Positions 1-13,780 of a stretch of DNA of 64,000 nucleotides are shown in pieces (position 1 is the first letter of the stretch; the number at the start of each line of letters is the position of its first letter). The notes under the pieces were generated by a model that worked only from the letters and a program-made list of their open reading frames with translations, was not told the DNA's origin and searched no databases. The stretch is from assembly GCF_003918875.1 (NCBI RefSeq), contig NW_025764892.1, positions 2,666,001-2,730,000 on the forward strand, read 5' to 3'. The DNA is from Haliotis rubra (taxonomy: Eukaryota). The position numbers and the translations under genes were made by a program.

Positions 1-2932
1 CTCTGAGTGAACTAGGTCAGCTATCATTTAGTTATATATTACAGGAGTGAAAGGTCACTGTTCAATGGTGCATTGTTAGTGTTACATGGCAGAAAATGGA
101 AGAAGGAGCTATAATTTGGGATTACCATGGCGGCAGGCTGCACGAGATAACATGGTTCAGATAAAGTGTTACACATAAACATTTCGAATTTAAACTTTCG
201 TTTGTGGCATTATCGCTACAAAAACCGCCTCGCGAAAATAATGACATGAATTACAGATTTGTCCGATAAAACGGTTTAAAGATATCGGTGTTGTTTGGGT
301 TCATTATGGCCGTTACAGCCTTTCACTGACGTGTACGTTTGTATCAGATGAATAACATGGCTGTTCTTAAACAGATGAGATCATAAGCATGGGAATGTAG
401 TTACAGATCAACATTTATGAAATAAATCTATTTCGTGGATGCAAATAAACTTGGCTCACACTGGGGAAAAGACGTGATAGTTCAAGTAACCAGTCTAATG
501 TTACTAAAATCCACGGCATGTATCGCAATAAAGCACTCCAATTACGAAAATGCAAATATGTTCACTCAAGGATGATTTTACAGCAAACATGTAATAACAG
601 GTGCTTAACAATTGGTAACTGAATCTGTGCGTTAAACACAAGAGACGCCATTTGTCTGTCCTATGTTACAAAGTGGTTCAATATGTTTGAATCAATGGCA
701 ACGAAAACTCAACAATACACGAAGTTCTTTGGGAACACGTACACAAAGACGGGAGCGGATGACAAATGGTCATACCACAACCAAATCACGACATGTTCCT
801 AACGTTTTGTTGTTGTAAAACACAAAAGTAGACAATGGGCATAAATTCAGAAGGAGCTAGCATACCTCCCTGCATACCACCTGTCATTCTCCCGTCACCG
901 ACTGACCTCGTAAGCCACAAGCAAAACAGAAGATGATATTGACATACTGATATAACGGCCCTAAGAAGGGACAGACACAAGGTGGCGGATATGTGTTAAG
1001 ACAGGCCAGGTTTATCTCTTCGGTTAGATCAGTGGTCGCTCTTTACTGAAATAGTCTAAACGGTATCCATGGACAGATATCAGAAAGATCACTGTCTGGT
1101 TGTGCTTTTAACATACCTGTGCTATAAATTAGTCAAACAAAGACGACTATGAAAGATAAGAGTTTCGTTTTATTAAATAAATACATACACATTGGTTTCT
1201 ATTTCCGTATACATGATATACATGTAATATGATATGGAGCAGTGTTGATAGGACCTAACACATTAACATTGTTTCATCAGCACTCGAAAATATTAACAAG
1301 CTTTTTGTACCTTTTACCTTGGTATTTGGGTATCTTGAATGTGTTTTCTCAAAGGTCATAAACGTATAGATATATATCTGTGGCTGTACATTACATACCA
1401 TACATCATCATAATTCACCCATCAAACGTTACCCTCAGGATGAAATACCTCGCTGTAGGTATAAAATGCACAACCATGCGTCGCGTCACCACCCATGTAG
1501 AAGTACGAGGCAGCAACATTAAAGATATATATAACTCCGGTGTCGTCGAACCATATACACTTATACTTTCGCCAAGTATCTCTCTAGACATAGTTAACAC
1601 AATGATGTATGTACATTCGTATTACAAGCAGCAGAAAAAGTCAAACTGACGTCAAAAGAGATAGAAGGCTTCCCTGAAAGCCCAGGGGACGTTCTCTCTT
1701 AATATCTGGAGACATGATCATTTTGATAAATCATGAAAACCGTTGATATAGGGATACATGCAGCGTTCCTGAACCTGAGTCTTCGATGTCCATAGTGAAA
1801 TCTAGACGTAACGAACTTAGGGGATCTTAGACTTCATTTCGTTACATTCGAAAGATCTATTAACTGCCATTGTTCGGTGATTAAAACATTATTGGAAGAT
1901 CATTAGAACTTGATTAGTTATAGCAAATATTCAATGCCCCACATCGGCCTGGACGATTTTGGTAATTGGTGAACAGAGACTTTTTTAATGGCAGCTGCAT
2001 TAGTGGAAAGCAACCAGCCCTGGTAAAATAGAGCAGTTGCCGTGACACGGTGAACCTCGTGGAGACAATTGGACACACATCTAACCGTCAATCTAACACG
2101 CTGACTTAGTTCTGTTAAGCAATATCAAAGTAGATTTCGCTCCATAGGCGCAAGTAAACTGAGGATGTGTTGAGAACGTGTTTACCCAACCATTGCCAAA
2201 CAAACGCAATTAAACCGCTGCGTTCCACATACAAAGAGGCATTGTTAAGCCACAGTACAATTAGGAACTAGCTTTACGCAACACGATAGAGACCATCGCA
2301 CGATTTTGTACCTTCCTGCCGCTAAAATTGATTTTATTTGCCGAACTGATGAGTACCGACATGCCAGTGAGAGTCATTAAGAACAATCAACCATGAAGGG
2401 TTACCTTGAAAACAGGTAATTGTGTCCTAGATGGCCCTTCGTGACGCAATAAGGAGCTGACATCTACCTTGGTCTTACGTGAGAGTGAGTTAAGAACGGC
2501 ACACCAGCGTGAAATTGACTATTAGGAAAATAAAAATGAGATGTAATCAGCTTGGTTTGCTTACAAGTTACTACCGCTGACGTTTCACCTCTGCGACAGT
2601 TATCGCGCGTAAATTATTTATACCTTTGTACTTTCAATTGAGGGGGGATTAAGTTCAAGCACTTTCAGTTGAAGGGGGACTAAGTTCAGATGTCCGAGCA
2701 AACTTAACTACGCTGTTCAAACACAATAATACGTGAACAGACAGTGATTAAATATGCAGATAGACAATAACTTGATATGTAAATAGACAAAGCCTTGATT
2801 TGTGAATAGACCTGGTCTTATATGAATAAGCAGCGAGTTTCAGAAAGTGGGCACATTTAACATATGTAACATTTGGTATTACACATTCCAAGCAAAATAA
2901 AAATAATTGTTGATGGAGCAAACTGACACGGC

Positions 2933-3102
2933 TGAGTGAGTGAGTGAGTAAAGCTATACGCCGCTCTTAGCAATATTCCAGCAATATCACGGCGGGGGAC
3001 ACCAGAAATGGGCTTCATACATTGTACCCATGTGGGGAATCGAACCTGGGTCTTCAGTGTGACGAGCGAACGCTTTAACCACTAGGCTACCCAACCACCT
3101 CC
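2933..3102 (-). mobile_element. tRNA-derived SINE, family A (full length)
   Basis: Reverse complement has A-box TAGCCTAGTGG, tRNA-Asp-like arm, B-box GGTTCGATTCC, tail GCTGGAATATTGCTAAGAGCGGCGTA and (ACTC)n; >20 similar copies in window. Confidence 0.9.
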
Positions 3103-4070
3103 GGTTCGCACTGCCCTTAACAGCTGAACATAATAATATCACGCTCTGCTAAATTAAATCATATATTACTAGCAATGTTTTCGTAATATATAAATAACAG
3201 TTAATAATGCTTAAATGTTGCTAGCAACCATACCACACGGCATATTAATGACAATAAACATTGCACGCACCGGTTTCTTGCTAAAAAATGCTATCAACCA
3301 CACCTCACAACATATTATTGAAAATAAATATGACATGACCGGTCTCTTGTTTTTATTAAAGAACAGGTGCAAATATCAGACGGTAGACATGTGACAGACG
3401 TAAGCATGATACAACGTTTCGAATGACACTAACTGCTCAGCTAAGAACAGTTGGTTATGTTGGCTATTATTCATGGCTCATTACTCTGTACACGTTAAGC
3501 CACTACAAACATGCCTTTCACATTTGTGTGTCTCTCCCACAGTTTATGAACACATGGATAGGATTATTTGAAAAGCTATAACTCCATGACGAAACGTAAT
3601 GACGTTCTTAAGTTCTACAGCTAAGTGTCAGGCGCGTCCTTGAAGCGAGTTCTAAAAGCTTTTAAAACATTATATCAGCGCTACCACTCTTCTCGTTAAG
3701 TGACATGGATGGCAGCAATTATCATGCAATCTTTCGTGGCAGAATTTCTGCTGTGTTAGCATAAACTGAAGCGTAAATGATTTCATCGACTTGTTTTGCT
3801 GGTAGTTCACTTTACGTAAGCTAAGCCCATTTGCCTTAATGGGAGCATTCTCGGATAAAAATACAAAATTGTTACCAAACTATTTGAGATAGTTAAATAA
3901 TTAAGAAAATAGTACAGGACTTGAAAATAATTATTTACAATTTCCATTGTTCTAGTTATACAAAACGTCTAATATTACTACAGAGTGAGGCAAATATTAC
4001 TTCCATGATATAGTGGTTAGTTTGCAGATAGATCCATGTACATGTATCTCATTCTGTGAAGTTTTCGCTA

Positions 4071-4277
4071 AAGTGGTAAAAGACCTGCCTTATTTAGGAT
4101 TTTCCTCCCACATAAAGCTGACGAGAGCCAGGCAAGGTAACAACAAGTACCATATTTTAACTAACACCACAGTGGTAAATGTCTATGACCTGCCTTACTT
4201 CGGGATTTCTTCCCACATTAAGCTGACACGACGTGAGAAAACTGAAATATTTCACACACTCACATACTCACTCACCA
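4071..4277 (+). mobile_element. Degraded SINE 3' remnants (family D), partly duplicated; related copy at ~41378-41445 (-)
   Basis: Two copies of GACCTGCCTTA...TTT(C/T)CTCCCACAT(A/T)AAGCTGAC followed by CTGAAATATT and an (ACTC)-like tail; same TTCCTCCCACATTAAGCTG core at 41.4 kb. Confidence 0.45.
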
Positions 4278-7200
4278 ATAAAATCAGAGACTGTGACCAA
4301 CTACACATTATATTGACGTGAACATTCACGATCCTGGTTTATACAAACTCTGTGTGCCCGAAAGTCAATATTGCATTGACCACATCTTATTAACACTCGT
4401 GTACATGCAATATTAGCCGATCCATAATTCTATGGATATTCACATGTAGAGGAATTCCTACCCAACCATGTCTGGCACTATCAAACAGGTTCCAGATCTA
4501 TTTCATCCTCTTATTAACGCCCTATCTACCTGTCCAGCGAAGGCCTAATACCGATTAATCAATACGAGATGAAACTCGTTGACCGCTGAGTGACCGCTAT
4601 GGTAATCTCACTAATCCCCTTACAAGTGTCCATTCATCATGATATAATCACTATCTAACACTACCTTAAGTCTGATCTCTCAGAATACAATGATCAAGCA
4701 TTACTTCTCATTAAAAGGTCTTCTCTTAAATTAAATCACATTGACGTATACCCATAGAACACAATCAACTGCAGTTCATATACAAAATACATGTCACTAC
4801 ATAGCAGTATGCGCGCTTAATATATTCATATTTAACGAAAAACCTAAGGGGGAGACACCATAACCTTGTCTTACACCAATTTTGTATGAAATATAACATG
4901 ACGTTTACGCAGAACATTATTGTCATAATGTAAACTGATATCAATCAATCTGAAAGAGTGCGTAACAGAATAATTCTATGGTCTGAGGCGAAATACATAA
5001 AATAGAAAGTGAACAGTGATAAAACACAAGTCTTGAAGCTAAAATAGATGGATGCCTCGGCTACCCACGTAACGAGTATTTGTCAGTACCCACACCTGAG
5101 CCCAGTATTTGCGATCCCCAATTATTCAGGGAGGTAACTGGACAGAACAGGTGCCCGACATGTGTGAGATAACGTATTGTAGTGACGTTTACCGTGACAT
5201 TTGTGCCGTTGAATGTCCGAAGACCAATTATTTTGACACTTTGTCATCGGTCGCAAGTAGACCTTGTTATTCTCAGATTAAGGCCTTTAACAGAAAGTAG
5301 CAGTCTTGGTCTTGCATCGTTTGAATTCGCAAAACATAATTGGCGCGATTTGGTGAGAAATGCAGAGCCTAAATAAAGAATGTTAAGTTGTGTGAATGGG
5401 TGATACTGGTGGTGAAGTGTTTCATGATGAATCTTCTGAAAACCTCAGAGTGTCTAGTTCACTCCAGTTGTTTTTATTGTTTAAAACAGGTCCATGACGA
5501 GAATATTGTCGCAAATCATTGACAACTATTGTGACGTCGTTCTAACAATATCATACACAGTACTCCCCTCGACTTTCTGGTTTTTTCCAAGAAACCTTTT
5601 ATGGGAAATATGAATAATAACTGAAACTAGTAAGTATAGATTAACTACCCAACGTTACAAAACTAACTCTCACCGGGCAAATAATGATCAAATTTTCATA
5701 GCCCTCCGATAATGATTGTTTCATAACACATTAATGCATGTAGAAATAACGGCATAGCCTCTTAATCCAAAAATACGGATATATTAACAGTCTTAACGAT
5801 CAGGCATACATACCAGGAAGTACCTATGGCCAAACTTATTTCACGATTTCTTGCCATTTGACATCGTGAAACAGAGAAAATACATCAGAAAAGGCTATGA
5901 AAACTCTCTCTAACCCTCGAAACCTCTGCAAGCCCTTAGATTTCAGTCTGTTGAATGACACCTTAAAGCCTAAACTATCTGTTTTCCCTTTCATGACCCA
6001 TGTTGCCAAACAAGCATAACCCTACACATACTTCCAACACCTTCACGGGTCACTCTTGACCAACACTGACCACAACACAATCGTTTCCTTAAGACTTAAC
6101 ACTGGCCTCTAATCACCTTGACCACCTTCTAGCGCTTCACAGCTTTTAGTCAAAGAAAAGTGACCAGATCGTAGGATGGCTTCTCTAGGTCTTCGTTCCA
6201 ACCCAAACATTTCCTACAAAGCGTTATGACTACTCTTCGGTGGAATTTGGCTTATTGGCTTGACTATCTGGCTTGGTAACAAGGTGGTGTTAAAGAGTTT
6301 TGGCAAAGGCCGGGCTACGTTAATCCAAGCCTAAAAGTGACTGGGTTTTGCATCAAGACACCAACATGTCTGGCATATTTCTCTAATCTGTAAAGCTACC
6401 GTTCCTTGCAGTCTGCTATGTTTCTACATGATCTTTTCAAGCTGGTTGGTGTGTCTCCGCCCGATGACTTACAAACCTGAGTAAACTCTCTTTTTTTCAC
6501 CGGAAGAAGGCGAATTTTATTCTGTTTAAGCACGTGTCCTTACTGTAAAAAATGAACATTTGGAGATTCGTGATTTATGCTTGGAAACGAGCGGTAGTTT
6601 CGTCTTCCCGTGACGACGCTGTAGTTGTGGACAGCAAACAATGACGTCGCTCTACACATGTTCAAAGGAACGTCGGCACCTATCAGCTACTGAATGGAAT
6701 ATTTCAGGGGCTATTTAGGGTCACTGCTGATCGTATATTAACTGACGGAATACACCGGAAGACCGAGATGGAGGACCAAGTAGGCGGCTTTGTACACAAC
6801 TATTTTTCAACCTCACGGGTACGATCGCGGTAACGAACGAAAATCTTAAATGTAAAACGCGAGTTATACTACAAGCATCAGATTTGTCAATTCCACATTC
6901 ACTATGTTAAAAGCGCGAAACCATTACCCAACTTCAAATCATTGACACACAATTGCTGTTTAATCTTACTACTTAAGATATTCCTCTTCAAAAGACAAAA
7001 CTGGTTATTGCCGCTGCATGGCATGTTCATAACAAAGAGAAAATAAATCTCCTCGAAAATATAAGTTACGCTTACACGTATGACGAAACGCACTGAGAAA
7101 GTACAATGTGTGTACCTATTAACCGTACATCAAACATATATCATATCAGCTGTAACACGCTAACATAAGTGTGGTGTGAGCCAAGGATATTGGCTATGCC

Positions 7201-8939
7201 CGCGGACATTGGATACTCGTTAATTTAACCCCAACCTGAATGAAAACGTTAATAAGTCTAAAATTAAGTGCAAATCCTCTGTTGCAAATTAGGTCTTTTG
7301 TCCACAGAACAAAGCCATGTTTGCACAATGCACATTCACAAATTAGAGTTCACATGTGTTGTAACAAAACAATGGATTTTTAGCCTTTTAATTACAGTAC
7401 TATAATCCCTTTAAACCTTTTATATCGCTTTACAATACGCGGATATACAGACTACTTCAGCAAATTCAGGGTTACAGTGGCATGTAAACGCTTGACAGAG
7501 TCTGGACTAGTTTTTCTCGGGCACACGCTGGGATCTGATGGGTAGTTTCAGTAAGCCCTGTCATTCAATTAAGCTCTCCCCTTTTTGATCGGCTCGTGTT
7601 GGAAACAGTTGTTCGGGTGAGGGGGTGTAGTCAAGGGGTACGGACTGAGCATCTGATATATGCATATATCCGTTTTGGCCAGGTTACGTTTTCACGCCCT
7701 CTGGGACTACTCGTAGAACACATGCGTCTGTATTTTCTTAACGCCGCTCACGTGTAACATATATTATCGTGTGCCTTGTGTTGGTTTAGGGGCAATATGT
7801 ACTCTCTTTGTATTTGTTGTAACAGCCAAGCTATGTCCATGTCAAGTTCGTATGTAGCAATCGACAGGCCACGAACATAAACAATAAAAGTATAAACTGC
7901 AACTGGCGTTATTTATGTATGGAAATCTAGTCAACTGACAGGCTTTGACCTGTTGATAGACTATACACGTATACCTAGTTACTACTGACAAATACTGTAC
8001 ATGCAAGAAGATATGTGGGTGTATGGAATGCAGTTGTCTAGTATGTACGTATATGAGCCATGAATGTATAGCTCTAATCAATGTAAAAAATGACAAGCAT
8101 TATGCATGCACTAGTATAGAGGTACCTATGCAGCATACTTATCAAATATATACCTATATATAAACACATGGCAGTGTATATATGCACATATGCTTTCACT
8201 AATGTACAATACCTATACATGGTACTTATCTGGAAAAATACTTGACCTATGCAAATATACTCCCAGTACATGTAGAAATTGACAAGCATTACACACCAAC
8301 TAATATGCATTTACCTATCCAGTGTACGTGTCTACGATAAACTAGTATATAACTTTAGCATGCGTATTACGATATACGAGGCAATTAACCTGTCTCAATA
8401 CCTGACGATTTCAGTCATGGTGTCCCATGCAGACTAGGATGCAGCAGTTGCCGTGGTATGCGATCCCGTTAGTGACAGTACTGCATACCTGACATACCTG
8501 GCTGGACGTTGCCAGTGCATTGCTTCAGTCTGTCAGGCCATTCATCATATAACCACACCGGATTTGAACTCAAATACAAGTCTTGTCCAAGGAAATACAG
8601 ACAACCGAATTGCATTCCTGAACAGTCTATTGAAGAATCGGTCTTCACATACGGCACATACTTATATTCATGGGCATGGAATAGATCAGAAGTAAGCTGT
8701 TGTTCTTCTGTACTCCACGTTGTCGTACTAAACATACGCCCACGATACTTTATCATGTCTATTTGAATAGAACTGCATAGCAGGGGTACGTCACTATTAT
8801 GGTGATCACTAGTTGTCGAATATGTTTATTCTCTTGAACATTCACTTGATGCCTTGAATGAAAGAACATTTCACTAAGCAACACCCTGGTACAGGCTGTC
8901 AGTGACGAAGGTTTATTTCAAACAAAATGTGATGCCTAC

Positions 8940-9263
8940 CTGTGGCTGACTCTGAGAGAAACGTCCATTCTGAGACGACGTTGACGACGACGAGGGTTTC
9001 CTCTGTAACGCCGTCGTCCGGACCTCCTCCATCTGTTTCTGCTGCTGCTCTCGCAACAGCTTCAACTCCTCCAGCCCTTGGGCACTAGCTTCCAACCTCG
9101 CCCTCATCCTCTCGTTGTCCGTCCGCCTGATAATGGGTACCCTGACACTGCCAGGGAGCTCACTGAGGGACCGGCTTCTCCTCATGACGGGCACCTGTCC
9201 GGGTGGGGCACCAGCCCGGGGGTTAAGATCCTTGGTTTGGTCTTTGGTCATACTTGTTGTCAT
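8940..9263 (-). CDS. First coding exon (108 codons, phase-0 donor) of a Dapper/DACT-like protein
   Basis: ATG at 9263 in context GGCGTCATGA with in-frame upstream TGA; GC-rich coding-like ORF; peptide ERMRARLEASAQGLEELKLLREQQ resembles the DACT N-terminal motif R-x-R-ERL(E/Q)A-x-LAGL-x-EL-xx-LR-x-(R/K)Q; donor CAG|GTAGGC at 8940/8939. The exon is better supported than the family call. Confidence 0.7.
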
Positions 9264-10159
9264 GACGCCCTTACTGGGTTCTGGTTCACATATGTGTGAC
9301 TGATCATACAGTCACTTCATGTGACCAATTATTTCAAAATGGTTATTGCAAGTTCCAAATGAAACGTCATCTACTGTAGGGTGAAACGTTCAAATATATC
9401 TACAGAACTCTTCGCCTCTTTACCACAAACTCCTATAATCATGTGCATTATCCAGACGTGACGGGGTGACGAACGATCAAATCATTGTGAACATCCGTTG
9501 TTACAGGAACACAAAACATGTCAATTTTTAAAAACCTGGTCTCCTTGGCAGGTGGAAGGCAGCGTCGTGTTCGGGTCCGGTTCATCAATACACAACCCCG
9601 GACTCAGATTATCACCTGACTCCTGGGACCATCTTCCTGTGCGGCTGCCAACTCTTTCCTCTTATACAACATCTGTTACATCCTCTATCGAGGTCTGTTC
9701 AGTCTCCGAGGGTTAACAAGTATCTCACAAACCACTGATAAGAATCACCGACAAATATGTACACTATGCCAGTAATTCAATCACGTCAAGATAAGCTATG
9801 ATATAATCGAACAGTCATAGACTGTTCTTTGTGAATATAGATCCAGATTAAATAATACACATACGTAGTGTTTGCCACAGACTGTCAAGACAGAGACAGG
9901 TTTATACCACTACCGTGACTTACATATGTTTATGTGCCCCCTACAATGGGTAGACACCATCACAGGCAATCACAGGCGGATACGGGGTTGGATATTCCAC
10001 GACATAAAGTTCAACCCAGCTCGTGTTTACCGCTGGGTCAGGTGAGAGAGACTGCATACATGAATCATTCCTTTTTTACCTACACACAAGCGCATGAAAT
10101 TCCTTCAACACAAAAGGCGTTCCGTTGAACCACTCCAAATGATCTCGGGTACATGAATA

Positions 10160-10490
10160 AGTCGCTTTGACGTCATAGCTGGATTTCAGTCAGTGAAAAA
10201 ATCCTTTCTTCGCATGTATGTAGTCCATTTCAGTACAGAGTATACTCACACTCCCAGCGCAATGCCTATTATTACTGTCCTTTCGAGTAAGTCAACCACA
10301 GACGTAGCTGATCAGCTGTTCTCCGCTCCTCTACCCACGTGTCGGAGGAGGGAGGCCCACTGCACAATTGCAAGCGCTACTGTTGCTAAACCCACACGCC
10401 CGTTTACTGAACGCCGTCTACAGCTTCATATCGAGACGAGTTCTGACTGCATTGGAGGACGGTATTGACACAGCGATTGGCAAACTGCAG
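10160..10490 (-). promoter_or_regulatory. Candidate promoter of the DACT-like gene
   Basis: On the minus strand two CCAAT boxes (10451-10455, 10476-10480) lie ~45 and ~70 bp upstream of an Inr-like TCAGT (10410-10406); full CRE TGACGTCA at 10168-10175; locally CpG-richer and TE-free. Confidence 0.35.
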
Positions 10491-11458
10491 CCCGCGACCG
10501 TCCTACACAACTGATGCTTAGCCGGGCACTGGAGTATGACTGGGCCTAATGTAGGTACCTCCAGCACACAACCCTGTCTCACTCCACCTTCGTTCTCGTC
10601 TTCGGCAGGACTCGCTTGGCGCTGTCTAGGCTACCTGTCAATTATTAACAACGAACCTCAATCCGGCCTATCACGTGAACTTGTTTAACAGCCACCCACT
10701 CAATATTAAATATTCGGGACATGTATTGGTAATTTAATATACTATCGATACCATAGACAGATTTTATTCACTATGGACGTTTCCAAAATAATTTTAATGA
10801 CATATTAAGTAGATACTGTAAGTAGTCGTATATCTATCTTCTCCGACCTAGGTCTGTCACAGTACAAGTTCAGACACACTATGGTGGTAGTCACATGTAG
10901 ATACCACTACAGAGATTAGATATCACAGAGTTTAGTCAAGTTTGTAATAAACAAACATCCTTAGGACCCTAGTTACCGGACCGGGCGCCATTATTACGTT
11001 CCCCTAAATACTCATTATTCAAGAAGTATCAATTTAGATATATTGATATCAATAAGTGTCTGTAAACCTACACTGTTGTGGTGTTACCTTAGTGTGTCTG
11101 TGTCTGTTGGTAATTGAACTCAAGGCATAGATACCGTCTGGGTGTTAGGTTTCCGGCGTCAGGAAGCGGTATTGTACTATAAACAGATGATCCGTTGTGG
11201 GTCGTGTGTCCTGTATACCTGTACACGAGGTCTTGGTTGGAGTAAACAGGTAGATACTGCTTTGAACCTGGCTATCTCGCACGACGAAATGTATATGAGC
11301 AATAATAATACAATAAACACACCCTCTATTGAGATGTCAAAACAACCCCCGCCTCCTCTCTCTTACCGTTGACCCCCCACCCTTTCTCTCTCTGTCTCAC
11401 TCTCCCTTCCTCTCTGCCTCTGCCTCCTCCTCTCTCCTTTCTCTCTCCCTCTATCTCC

Positions 11459-11622
11459 GGGGTCGGTGGGTAGCCTAATGGTTAAAGCGTTGGCTCGTCA
11501 CGCCGAAGACCCGGGTTCGAATCACCCACATGGGCACATTGTGTGAAGCCCATTTCTGGTGTCCCCCGCCAAGATGTTGCTGGAGTATTGCTAAAAGCGG
11601 CGTAAAACCAAACTCAGTCAGT
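11459..11622 (+). mobile_element. SINE family A inserted in a CT-rich tract
   Basis: Full head-to-tail match; 11-bp TSD CCTCTATCTCC (11448-11458 / 11623-11633). Confidence 0.9.
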
Positions 11623-13076
11623 CCTCTATCTCCCCTTTCTCTCTCTGCCTCTATCTCCCCTTTCTCTCTCTCACTGTATGTCTCTCTCCTTTTCATTCTC
11701 ATTGCTCTCCCCTTTTTCTCTCTCTGCCTATCGCCCCTTTTTCTCCCCTTCCTCTCTCTCTAGCGTCTTTCATTGTTCCCCAAGCTTGTGCTTCAGGAAT
11801 CCGCAGCTATCCACACTGGGTTAAGTTGGAACTATGTCCTTTCATATCCTGCAACCACCCCCACTGGGTTAATTTGGAAGTATATCCTTTAATATGATCA
11901 GCGATGACGCCACACGTATATACGTACAAACCAGATACCTGTCCGGCCGAGACTGTCCGCTCCAGCAACTGGGATGAATGTAGAGAGCTGTATCTACATT
12001 CCTACAGCTCGTCCTATTGAAAACAGACACAACCGAGGAAACGCCGAAATACCACGGCTAGGACCCTTGCACTCACTTACAACCACCTATTGAATAACCT
12101 TTATATTGGCGCACAACACGGGAACAATGAGCAGTTTGTTAACTTGTATTTCTTGGTGTGTACCTATCGTCCTTGTTTAATGGTAGCTTGGAATTAATAC
12201 CTCATTAATCACTTGTCGTGTGTGCGTGTTTCATACACAGCCTTGTACCTGTTGATTGTTCAGCACACAAACCTATCGCTGATTGTCAGGTAGACGGCGT
12301 TTGCATGTTACGAGCAGTGACACTTACCGCCGTTATCTATTCTCACGTATATCCAGTTGGCTTGGGAGTAGAGCGGTATACCCGAGTTACCTCCCTTACA
12401 CTGTGATTGATGGAGCTATCGACTCGCGGATCATAATTTCATTTGCGGACATATATTTTTTATCTCTTAAAACGGTTTGGGTCACGAGTATAAATTTATA
12501 GCGTTGCTTTTCTGCCCGTGGGATTCAGAATTCCTGTGGCATGAAGTCACCTAGGAATTTGATTGCACTGCAAACAGACATAGGAAAAACTGAAAGAGTA
12601 AACGAAATTATTTTTAAACCAGCTAAATTAAGTAGCTTTAGAGCGCCCAAAACCATACTTGCATAGTTAAACCTATACACATAATTAAACACGTACGAAT
12701 TCAGTTTTTAGTGATCAAATAATATTGACAAAGAACGACCACGTTCCATAATCCTTGTTTACTGTTTCATTAAGCTGAAGGAAATTCTTTTAACGATGCA
12801 ACTTTTTGTGTATGGTTAAGAATGTCAAAGAAAATATCATCTTGTCTACAGGGTTACATAGTGAGTTGAAGGTTAAAACCATTCCATCTGCTCAGGTGTT
12901 GCATATGGAACATATCCATATATATATATATGAGAGGTACCAGTGAGAGGTCAAGAGCTGATTGATGCGCGAGGAAAAATATACACAATTGACTTATTAC
13001 AATGACTCTAGTCAGAACCGATATTAAGATGAATTTATTCATGACTATAACATCTACAATCATCATAAGCTGCACT

Positions 13077-13418
13077 GGGGCGGTGGGCTAACCAAGTGGT
13101 TAAAGTGTTCGCTCGTCACGCCGAAGACCCGGGTTCGATTCCCCACATGGGCATAATGTGTGAAGTCCATACCTGGTGTCCCCGCCGTGATATTGATGGA
13201 ATATTGTTAAAGGCGGCGTAAAACTAAACCCACCCAGTCCCTCTAAGCTGCATAGGGGCGGTGGGGTAGCCTAGTGGTTAAAGCGTCCGCTCGTCACGCT
13301 GAAGACCCGGGTTCGAATCCCCACATGGGTACAATGTGTGAAGCCCATTTCAGGTGTCCAACGCCGTGATGTTACTGGAATATTGCCAGAAGCGGCGTAA
13401 AACTAAACTCAGTCAGTC
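13077..13418 (+). mobile_element. Two tandem SINE family A copies (13077-13243, 13255-13418)
   Basis: Both full length; TAAGCTGCA occurs before, between and after them. Confidence 0.9.
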
Positions 13419-13696
13419 TAAGCTGCATTGAATAGTATTTCAGTTAGTAACGATCTTAACAGTGTTTACCACCCCAGGGACAACCACTGCTCAGGGCATG
13501 GTGTTCATAATCAGCAAGAGTCTTGGCTCACCCAAAGATCACAAGATCACGGCACGCCCAAGGGACGCAACTCTGCACAACGATTTCAATACCTTAGATG
13601 ATAATGATAATTTTAACATCTATAACTGCACCATCTAGTTATTATCATTACCATTGTTTTTGCACCCACTCATGCACGGGACGGAATTATGAGTCA

Positions 13697-13780
13697 CACC
13701 ATCATCATCATCGTCGTCGTCGTCATCATCATCATTGTCGTCGTCGTTGTTATCGTCGCCATTGTCGTTTTCGTTGTTGT
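13697..13780. repeat. Compound trinucleotide microsatellite (CAT/CGT/TGT)n
   Basis: catcatcatcatcgtcgtcgtcgtcatcatcatcattgtcgtcgtcgttgtt. Confidence 0.85.

Noticed and set aside
7850-8400. Coding exon or satellite in intron 1
   Set aside because: Low-complexity purine-pyrimidine alternating DNA with only one weak ~190-bp-spaced repeat; ORFs are compositionally non-coding
13255-13330. tRNA-Asp genes at SINE A heads
   Set aside because: The acceptor stem is not formed and each head continues into SINE body and tail with TSDs
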